Positions 14,360 to 20,934 of a stretch of DNA of 20,934 nt are shown here, in pieces. The notes beneath the pieces are model-generated. The model had not been told where the DNA came from. It saw only the letters and a program-made list of their open reading frames with translations, and did no database searches. This DNA comes from an uncultured Geobacter sp. (GTDB taxonomy: Bacteria > Desulfobacterota > Desulfuromonadia > Geobacterales > Geobacteraceae), in assembly GCA_964432775.1 (NCBI GenBank), contig CAYSPF010000006.1, forward strand, positions 19,238 to 40,171, read 5' to 3'. The translations under genes and the position numbers were made by a program. The first letter of the stretch is position 1; each line of letters begins with the position of its first letter.

Positions 14360-15811
14360 CTAAAAAAGCCGTTTCCTTTCGGACGACGAACCTATTTTCA
14401 ACATCTCACGATACTTGGTAACCGTTCGTCGGGCTATGGTGATGTTATGGGTGGATAATATCTCGGCAATGCGTTGATCGCTTAACGGTTTGCAACTGTC
14501 TTCCGCGACGACGATCTCCTTGATTTTGTCCTTGACGCTTTCCGATGCGATTGAGTCGCCCTCAATCCGTGAAATCCCGCTGTTGAAAAAGTACTTCAAT
14601 TCGAGAAGCCCCTGGGGGGTCTGCATGTACTTGTTGGTAGTAACCCGACTGATGGTGGATTCATGCATGCCGATATCTTCGGCGATGTCCCGCAGAACCA
14701 GAGGCCTCAGATGGGCAATACCGCGCTCAAGGAATGGACGCTGGAATTTTACGATACTCTTGGCGACCTTGTAGATCGTACGCTGTCGCTGGTGGATGCT
14801 CTTGATAAGCCAGAGAGCTGAGCGCATCTTATCGTTGATGTATTCCTCGGCCTTCTGGTCGTTCGGCGCCCCGTTCCGGCCCTCAGCGATATAGAGGGGA
14901 TTTATACGGATGTTGGGCATCCCCTCGTCGTTCAGGAGAACGACAAACTCTTCTCCAACCTTGTAGACAAAGATATCGGCGGAGATATAGTGAACATCTT
15001 CCTGGCCGAACTGTCTTCCCGGCTTCGGGTCGAGACCGGCGATTATCTTTGCTGCGGCCAGAACCTCGGGAATGTCGATTCCCAGGGCCTTGGCAATCTG
15101 TTTGTACCTGCGCGCCTCCAGATCCTTCAGGTAGTCCCGAAGCAGCGAGTCAACCACGCTCCCCGCCATCCCCAACTGCTTCACCTGGAGAAGAAGGCAC
15201 TCCTGAAGATCCCGCGCGGCGACGCCGATAGGGTCGAATTCCTGGATCTTCAGCAGAACGGACTCCACAAATGGCTCATCCACCCCGCAGAAACCCGCGA
15301 CATCGGCAAGGGTCGCCCGGAAGTAGCCTTCCTCGTCAATGTTGCCGATAATCTCCGCGCCGATTGCCTGCTCCTTCTCCGTCATATGGGCGAGATTCAG
15401 CTGCCACATCAGGTGATCGGCAAGGGTGGCTTTCTTGGTCAGCAGATTTTCATAGGAAGGTCGATCGTCTTCATCATCGTAATACTGCTCGCCGGAGCTG
15501 TAGTTATAGCCGTCCAGATAGGTCGCCCAATCCATTTCCTGCAGGGTTTCCTGGCCTGCCTTTACCTCCGCGAAGTCCTCCGCATCCGCCTTCGGCGGCT
15601 CCTCCTTTTCCGTCACTTCGAGGGTGTCGGGCTCCTTCACCTCCTCCAGTTCCGGTGATTCGTCCAGAACCGGGTTTTCTTCCAACTCCTGTCGGACGAG
15701 ATCCTGCAACTCGATGCGGGAAAGCTGCAGAAGCTTGATTGCCTGCTGCAACTGGGGGGTCATCACCAGTTGCTGCGAAAGCTTCATCTGTTGTCGCATC
15801 TCAATGGCCAT
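14360..15811 (-). CDS. rpoN: RNA polymerase sigma-54 factor
   Basis: 483 aa. Region I LSQQLVMTPQLQQAIKLLQLSRIEL. The RpoN box is ARRTVTKYREML. An acidic region II is present. Confidence 0.96.
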   Translation of the reverse strand: MAIEMRQQMKLSQQLVMTPQLQQAIKLLQLSRIELQDLVRQELEENPVLDESPELEEVKEPDTLEVTEKEEPPKADAEDFAEVKAGQETLQEMDWATYLDGYNYSSGEQYYDDEDDRPSYENLLTKKATLADHLMWQLNLAHMTEKEQAIGAEIIGNIDEEGYFRATLADVAGFCGVDEPFVESVLLKIQEFDPIGVAARDLQECLLLQVKQLGMAGSVVDSLLRDYLKDLEARRYKQIAKALGIDIPEVLAAAKIIAGLDPKPGRQFGQEDVHYISADIFVYKVGEEFVVLLNDEGMPNIRINPLYIAEGRNGAPNDQKAEEYINDKMRSALWLIKSIHQRQRTIYKVAKSIVKFQRPFLERGIAHLRPLVLRDIAEDIGMHESTISRVTTNKYMQTPQGLLELKYFFNSGISRIEGDSIASESVKDKIKEIVVAEDSCKPLSDQRIAEILSTHNITIARRTVTKYREMLKIGSSSERKRLF

Positions 15812-15858
15812 GGAAATCCAATACCTTTGTGTACCGTGGAATTTCGGGAATCATTTCC

Positions 15859-16599
15859 CTACAGGCTGAAATTGTCTCCCAGATAAATCTCCCGCGCCGT
15901 CTTGCTTTCAGCTATCTTTTTCGGGTCGCCGTGCTCAAGAACTTCACCTTCGTTCAGGATGTAAGCTTTGTCGCAGACGCCGAGCGTTTCACGCACATTG
16001 TGATCCGAGATGAGGATGCCGATTCCCCGTGTCTTAAGTTCAGTAATAATATTCTGGATATCCAGCACCGCCAGAGGGTCAATTCCGGCAAAGGGCTCAT
16101 CCAGAAGAATAAAATCCGGGTCGGTGGCCAATGCCCGGGCTATCTCGACCCTTCGTCGTTCGCCGCCGGAGAGGGTATATCCCTTGATATGGGCGATATG
16201 GCTTATCTTCAGGTCCGCCAGCAGCCTGTCCACCAGAAGGTTCCGTTCTTCCGCATCCAATTCCTGCGCTTCGAGCACAGCCACAAGATTTTCCCGCACC
16301 GTCAGCCTTCGGAATACGGACGGCTCCTGGGGCAGATAACTGATACCCTTGCGTGCCCGCAGGTACATGGGAAGGCCGGTGATATCTTCTTCACCGATGA
16401 GGACCCGGCCCGAATCGGGACGACAAAGGCCTACAACCATGTAAAAAGTCGTCGTCTTGCCCGCCCCGTTGGGTCCCAGCAGCCCCACCACCTCTCCGGA
16501 AGCAACCTCCAGATCGACGCCGTTGACCACAACCCGGTCACCGAAACTCTTTTTCAGCCCCCAGGTATACAGAACACGATTACGGCTTTTGGGCGTCAT
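15859..16599 (-). CDS. lptB: LPS export ABC transporter ATP-binding protein LptB
   Basis: GLLGPNGAGKTTTFYMVVG matches E. coli LptB almost exactly. The ABC signature LSGGERRRVEIARAL is present. The start was set at ATG 16597-16599 (RBS AGGGAAAG). The ORF-track start at 16638 is GTG and would overlap lptA by 59 nt. Confidence 0.9.
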   Translation of the reverse strand: MTPKSRNRVLYTWGLKKSFGDRVVVNGVDLEVASGEVVGLLGPNGAGKTTTFYMVVGLCRPDSGRVLIGEEDITGLPMYLRARKGISYLPQEPSVFRRLTVRENLVAVLEAQELDAEERNLLVDRLLADLKISHIAHIKGYTLSGGERRRVEIARALATDPDFILLDEPFAGIDPLAVLDIQNIITELKTRGIGILISDHNVRETLGVCDKAYILNEGEVLEHGDPKKIAESKTAREIYLGDNFSL

Positions 16600-17086
16600 T
16601 CTTTCCCTTGCCCTTCGGATAGAGTACCGCCTCGACACGGGTCTCAGGACTGCCGGTCACCACGCTTCTCTCCTCATTCACGAAGTACGTAATCTCCCTG
16701 CCCGTTATCGTGTCTTTTCCCTGCACGACCTTCGGGGAACCGGAAAGGGTGATTTTGCCTTCCTTGGTCTGGTACACACCGTACTGGGCAGTTCCGATCC
16801 GATTCTGCTGCACAATGCGCACGTTTCCGACCGCCTCGACCTTTTCAACATCACCACCCTGCTCCGCATACCTGACTACCAGCCGATCCGCGAGAATGGT
16901 GATATCACCCTGCTTCGCCACCACCCTTCCGAGAAAGGTCGCGGTCCTGCTCTTCGTGTCGGCCTGAAGCTCGTTCGACTTGATGGTTATCGGCTGGCCG
17001 TCACGTTTTTCCCCCACCCCCGCGGCGGCCGCGGCGGAGGAGACAAGCATCACGTGTATGCAGATACTGAAAAGGATTCTCTTCAT
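16580..17086 (-). CDS. lptA: LPS transport periplasmic protein LptA (OstA family)
   Basis: 168 aa. Signal peptide MKRILFSICIHVMLVSSAAAAAG. OstA-like beta-jellyroll repeats. Position between lptC and lptB. Confidence 0.8.
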   Translation of the reverse strand: MKRILFSICIHVMLVSSAAAAAGVGEKRDGQPITIKSNELQADTKSRTATFLGRVVAKQGDITILADRLVVRYAEQGGDVEKVEAVGNVRIVQQNRIGTAQYGVYQTKEGKITLSGSPKVVQGKDTITGREITYFVNEERSVVTGSPETRVEAVLYPKGKGKNDAQKP

Positions 17087-17087
17087 G

Positions 17088-17660
17088 TCACTTCTTTCGT
17101 TTTCCGATTACAGCGTTCACGTCATGCAGCAGGCGCATCTTCTTCGAATCCACGTGAACCTCCATCCCGGTGCCCTGCACAGAGAGCGTGCCGTCCTCGA
17201 TCCGAACCCGGTCATCGGTCGTAATAAGGGCACTGGCCGCGACATAGTCAAGATGCCCGGCGGAGAACTTCATTCCCGTTTCACTGGAGGCGGTAACATT
17301 GCCCTTCAGTTTCACGTCGCCCGTCTTCTTGTGGTAGTCGGCGCTATCTGCCTTGAGCGAATATTTCCCGTTCTTTCCGCCGCCGTTCAGCGCCATTTCC
17401 GCCCCGGTGAAGCGGACGATCCCGGTGTCGTTAAAATAGTCCACCTTCCGGGCAACGAGGTCCCACTGAAGAGTGCCGTCTTTTGTGTTGGTATGATGTA
17501 CTTTCTGCAGAGAGAGGTCGATGTTCTTGGGCAGGTCCGCCAAGATAGTGTCAGGCTCCTTCACCCGGTGGAACTTCAACACGATAACCACCATGAGATA
17601 GGTGGCTGCGGCCACAACCAAAAAAGCCAGAATCCGCCTGATTTTATTGAAGTTCTGCAT
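17088..17660 (-). CDS. lptC: LPS export inner-membrane anchor LptC
   Basis: 190 aa. Single N-terminal TM ILAFLVVAAATYLMVVIVL, then a periplasmic beta-jellyroll. One-nucleotide gap to the lptA start. Confidence 0.75.
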   Translation of the reverse strand: MQNFNKIRRILAFLVVAAATYLMVVIVLKFHRVKEPDTILADLPKNIDLSLQKVHHTNTKDGTLQWDLVARKVDYFNDTGIVRFTGAEMALNGGGKNGKYSLKADSADYHKKTGDVKLKGNVTASSETGMKFSAGHLDYVAASALITTDDRVRIEDGTLSVQGTGMEVHVDSKKMRLLHDVNAVIGKRKK

Positions 17661-17787
17661 AATTCAGCGAGAGTATAGCATCATAGAAAAAGGGTGTAAA
17701 GCAGATTTTGGCTCGACAGATGAATCTTGGCACAGAGATTGAACTGGGCAGTCGGGCGGCATGGAAACCGGTCGATTCACCCGGCAT

Positions 17788-18309
17788 TCAGGAGAGGAAA
17801 TACCTTGCCGTGACTTCTTCCCAGGCGCCCTGCGACTTCAGCAGGAGGTCACACACTTCACGAACGGCGCCCCACCCGCCTGCGTTGTTCGTCACGAAAT
17901 GGACATGGGATCGAACCTCGGAAACAGCATCCGCCGGAGCAGCGGAGAAACCCACCCTGCGGAGAAGGGGAAGATCTACGACGTCATCCCCCATATAGGC
18001 AACCTGATGGTCATCCAGTCCGGTCTTTTCCAGGATCTCCCGGTAGGGTCCAAGCTTGTCCAGCGACTTCTGATAGACATGGGTAATGCCGAGTTCGGCG
18101 GCCCGATTCGCGACCACTTGGGACCCCCTGCCCGAGATAATCCCCACGGCAATTCCCGCCCGCTGCAGCATCTTAATCCCGCACCCATCCTTTACGTTAA
18201 AAAACTTGCTTTCAATGCCGTTGGCATCATACACGATCCGGCCGTCAGTCAGCACACCGTCAACATCGAGCAGCAAGAGCCGAATCGGAGCAATGCGTTC
18301 TTTCATCAT
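17788..18309 (-). CDS. kdsC: 3-deoxy-D-manno-octulosonate 8-phosphate phosphatase (HAD superfamily)
   Basis: 173 aa. Motifs LLLLDVDGVLTDG, GDDVVDLPLL and GGWGAVREVCDLLL match E. coli KdsC. Confidence 0.87.
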   Translation of the reverse strand: MMKERIAPIRLLLLDVDGVLTDGRIVYDANGIESKFFNVKDGCGIKMLQRAGIAVGIISGRGSQVVANRAAELGITHVYQKSLDKLGPYREILEKTGLDDHQVAYMGDDVVDLPLLRRVGFSAAPADAVSEVRSHVHFVTNNAGGWGAVREVCDLLLKSQGAWEEVTARYFLS

Positions 18310-19271
18310 GCCAGGCCCGCCTTCAGTAGATCGTGGAGGTGAATGATACCAACCGGCTTATCCGCATCGCCGGCGCTGAAAACGAACAGGGAAGTAATGG
18401 AATGCTCCTCCATCAGTTGCATGGCTTTTGCAGCCAGTTCGGCAGACGTGATACGCTTCGGATTGCGTGTCATCAACTCACCCGCGGTCGTATTAAGGAT
18501 ATCGGTCCCCCTCTCCAGCGCCCTCCGCAGGTCACCGTCGGTGATGACACCGGAAAGAGCGCCCCGTGAGTCCACAACACCGGCTATCCCCAGCCCGCGC
18601 GAGGTGATGACGAACAGGGCTTCACGCATCAGAGACAGATGGGATACCAGGGGAACGGCGTCCCCCGTGTGCATCAAATCCTCGACCCGAAGGAGCAGCT
18701 TTTTCCCCAGCGCGCCTCCGGGATGGAACAGGGCAAAGTCCTCCGCCTTGAAGCCGCGTTCGACAAGGAGGGCAACTGCCAGGGCGTCGCCCATGGCCAG
18801 AGTGGCGGTCGTGGAAGCGGTCGGCGCCAGCCCCAGTGGGCAGGCCTCTTCCTTGACGGCAATATCCAGAAACACATCGGCCGTCCTGGCGAGGGCAGAA
18901 GTCCGATTTCCGGACATGGCAATCAGCTTTGCGCCGAGCCGCTTGATCACGGGAAGGATGCGAATTACCTCCTCGGTCTCACCGCTGTTGGAGACCGCAA
19001 TAACCACATCACCCCGCATGATCATGCCCAGGTCGCCGTGAATCCCTTCCGCCGGATGGAGGAAGAAGGCGGGCGTCCCGGTGGAGGCAAGGGTCGAGGC
19101 TATCTTCTGGCAGATAATCCCCGATTTTCCCATACCCGTCACGACCACGCGCCCGTGGGAAGAGAGAATGAGCTCAACTCCCCGCGTAAATTCACCGTCC
19201 AGGGACTCGGCCAGGGTCAGCAGGGCTTCCGCCTCGACAAGAATTACTCTTTTTGCTTCATCAAGAATCAA
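18306..19271 (-). CDS. kdsD: Arabinose-5-phosphate isomerase (SIS domain plus tandem CBS)
   Basis: 321 aa. SIS motif GRVVVTGMGKSG. Two C-terminal CBS domains. The stop overlaps the kdsC start. Confidence 0.9.
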   Translation of the reverse strand: MILDEAKRVILVEAEALLTLAESLDGEFTRGVELILSSHGRVVVTGMGKSGIICQKIASTLASTGTPAFFLHPAEGIHGDLGMIMRGDVVIAVSNSGETEEVIRILPVIKRLGAKLIAMSGNRTSALARTADVFLDIAVKEEACPLGLAPTASTTATLAMGDALAVALLVERGFKAEDFALFHPGGALGKKLLLRVEDLMHTGDAVPLVSHLSLMREALFVITSRGLGIAGVVDSRGALSGVITDGDLRRALERGTDILNTTAGELMTRNPKRITSAELAAKAMQLMEEHSITSLFVFSAGDADKPVGIIHLHDLLKAGLA

Positions 19272-19316
19272 AGATTTTCCTCTTTTCAGGTAGGTTGAGA
19301 AGGGACCAAAGTCGCG

Positions 19317-20168
19317 CTACTTTACTATCGCATCTATTGCCTTCAGTTTCTTCAGCAGCGCGGGAAGGTCGTCAAGCCTGATGGAGTTGGGGCCGTCACA
19401 AAGCGCCTTTTCCGGCTCTTCATGGACTTCGAGAAAAATTCCGTCAACCCCGGTGGCCACCGCGGCCCGCGAAAGGTATTCCACGAACTCGCGTTGGCCC
19501 CCTGACGAACCGCCCAACCCTCCCGGAAGCTGGACGCTGTGGGTCGCGTCGAAGACTACCGGGTAGCCGATCCGTCGCATGATGGGAAGACTCCTCATGT
19601 CGGAAACGAGATTGTTGTATCCAAAACTGGCGCCGCGCTCGGTAAGGATGATCTGGGAGCTTCCCGCGGAACGGGCCTTTTCCACTACATTTTCCATGTC
19701 CCAGGGCGCCAGAAACTGTCCCTTCTTGATATTCACCACCCGTCCGCTCCGGGCGGCAGCCTCGATGAGGTCGGTCTGCCGGCAGAGGAACGCGGGGATC
19801 TGGAGAACATCCGCCACCTCGGCGACCGGCGCAACCTCCTCGACGGAATGGATATCGGTCAGCACGGGGAGGCCGAGGGACTCCTTCACCCTGGCCAGGA
19901 TACGCAATCCCTCCCGCAGGCCGGGACCCCGGAAAGAGGCGCCCGAGGTTCGGTTAGCCTTGTCGTAGGAGGCCTTGAAGACCAGTGGCGTCGTAAGTCC
20001 ATTGCAGAGGGTCATGAGTCGTTCGGCGCAGCGGAGGGTGAGAACCTCGCTCTCCATGACGCACGGGCCGGCAATCAGCACCAACGGCCGGTTGCCGCCA
20101 ATCTTCACACTTCCGATGAGTATCTCTTTGACCACCTTGTTTCCCGCCCTTTCTATCCGCGGCGACAC
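19317..20168 (-). CDS. kdsA: 2-dehydro-3-deoxyphosphooctonate aldolase (KDO8P synthase)
   Basis: 283 aa. Motifs [22 protein letters not shown] and [11 protein letters not shown]. Confidence 0.92.
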   Translation of the reverse strand: MSPRIERAGNKVVKEILIGSVKIGGNRPLVLIAGPCVMESEVLTLRCAERLMTLCNGLTTPLVFKASYDKANRTSGASFRGPGLREGLRILARVKESLGLPVLTDIHSVEEVAPVAEVADVLQIPAFLCRQTDLIEAAARSGRVVNIKKGQFLAPWDMENVVEKARSAGSSQIILTERGASFGYNNLVSDMRSLPIMRRIGYPVVFDATHSVQLPGGLGGSSGGQREFVEYLSRAAVATGVDGIFLEVHEEPEKALCDGPNSIRLDDLPALLKKLKAIDAIVK

Positions 20169-20184
20169 AGGGGACGCCCGGCTC

Positions 20185-20934
20185 TCAGCCTCTTCCGTTC
20201 AACGCCGCCGCAATGAATGCCCTGAACAGGGGGTGGGGGTTCAAGGGTTTCGATTTGAACTCGGGATGGAACTGGCAACCCACGAACCAGGGATGGTCGG
20301 CAATCTCTATCATCTCAACCAGGTTGCCCTCCTCGTAGATACCGGACAGGACCAGACCGTTTTCCGTCAGGATGTCCCGATAGCGGTTATTCAGCTCGTA
20401 GCGGTGCCGGTGCCGCTCGCTGATCTGTGTCGCTCCGTAAATCTTCTGGGCCAATGTCCCCTTCACCAGGGAACAGGGATATGCCCCCAGCCGCATCGTG
20501 CCGCCCTTCCGTTCAATCCCCTGCTGGGTATCCATCAGGTGGATCACGGGATGTTCGCAGTTCGGCTTGAACTCGCTGGAACAGGAGTCGAGAAGCCCGC
20601 AGACGTTCCTCGCGTATTCCACCACCGCCATCTGCATGCCGAGACAGATACCGAAGAAGGGGATCCTGTTTTTACGGGCAAACTCTATCGCCTGGATCTT
20701 CCCTTCCGTGCCCCGCTCACCGAATCCTCCCGGGACCAGAATGCCGTCCACCTCGTCGAGATGGGCGCCGATTCCCTCCTGCTCTATCTTCTCGGAATCC
20801 AGATAGCGGATATGCACCCGGCAGTCATTGGCGATACCTCCGTGAGTCAGCGCCTCGGACAGTGACTTGTATGATTCGGTAAGATTCACGTACTTGCCGA
20901 CAATGGCAATCCGCGCCTTGCCGCTGCCGGGATT
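20185..20934 (-). CDS. pyrG: CTP synthase, C-terminal glutamine amidotransferase domain. Partial: the N-terminus lies beyond the window end.
   Basis: Contains [38 protein letters not shown] with the catalytic Cys in GICLGMQ. The reading frame stays open to the 3' edge of the window. Confidence 0.9.
   Translation of the reverse strand, partial: NPGSGKARIAIVGKYVNLTESYKSLSEALTHGGIANDCRVHIRYLDSEKIEQEGIGAHLDEVDGILVPGGFGERGTEGKIQAIEFARKNRIPFFGICLGMQMAVVEYARNVCGLLDSCSSEFKPNCEHPVIHLMDTQQGIERKGGTMRLGAYPCSLVKGTLAQKIYGATQISERHRHRYELNNRYRDILTENGLVLSGIYEEGNLVEMIEIADHPWFVGCQFHPEFKSKPLNPHPLFRAFIAAALNGRG

Noticed and set aside
16600-16638. Longer lptB start at 16638
   Set aside because: It is a GTG codon and would overlap lptA by 59 nt. 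ATG 16597-16599 has an RBS-like AGGGAAAG and matches the E. coli LptB length.
15739-17678. Long antisense ORFs: 15739..16692 (+, 317 aa), 16457..17224 (+), 16980..17678 (+)
   Set aside because: Shadow ORFs opposite firmly identified genes in high-GC DNA. No recognisable motifs, no RBS, low-complexity composition.
18343-20865. Long antisense ORFs: 18343..19041 (+), 18639..19298 (+), 19539..20216 (+), 19975..20865 (+, 296 aa)
   Set aside because: Shadow ORFs opposite firmly identified genes in high-GC DNA. No recognisable motifs, no RBS, low-complexity composition.
1-20934. CRISPR arrays, IS/transposase genes, integrase or phage genes
   Set aside because: No regularly spaced repeats. No transposase-like or integrase-like ORFs. 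No terminal inverted repeats were seen. The tRNA-like element is not accompanied by an integrase or a direct-repeat att copy within the window.

Overview
High-GC (~60%) chromosomal segment from a Geobacter-like, Desulfuromonadales-type Gram-negative bacterium. This is inferred from gene content and order only.

Right two-thirds (8.9-20.9 kb), all on the minus strand. This is the well-known conserved cluster pyrG(partial)-kdsA-kdsD-kdsC-lptC-lptA-lptB-rpoN-hpf-ptsN-hprK-rapZ-EIIA(Man)-ptsH-ptsI. It is densely packed and translationally coupled.

Middle. metK is on the minus strand with a clean sigma70 promoter. An orphan sensor histidine kinase sits ahead of it, with a periplasmic solute-binding domain and a Cys-rich PAS domain. 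A perfect bidirectional terminator separates the two genes.

Left 4.3 kb, the most interesting part. The plus strand carries, in order:
- a sigma54-like -24/-12 element;
- a tRNA-Lys-derived but non-canonical tRNA-like element;
- a ~390-nt hairpin-rich non-coding leader;
- an atypical SPFH/band-7 protein with three tandem copies of the SPFH N-terminal beta-unit;
- rtcA;
- a hairpin/terminator-like spacer;
- rtcB, carrying a ~70-aa N-terminal extension.

A minimal nucleotidyltransferase-fold gene lies convergent to rtcB.

The tRNA mimic plus SPFH protein sit in the operon position that Rsr (Ro60) plus Y RNAs hold in Salmonella-type RtcR/sigma54-controlled rtc loci. I am not aware of an SPFH-RtcA-RtcB module with a tRNA-like leader having been described. 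It is the candidate novel system in this window.

No CRISPR array, IS element, rRNA or canonical tRNA was found.
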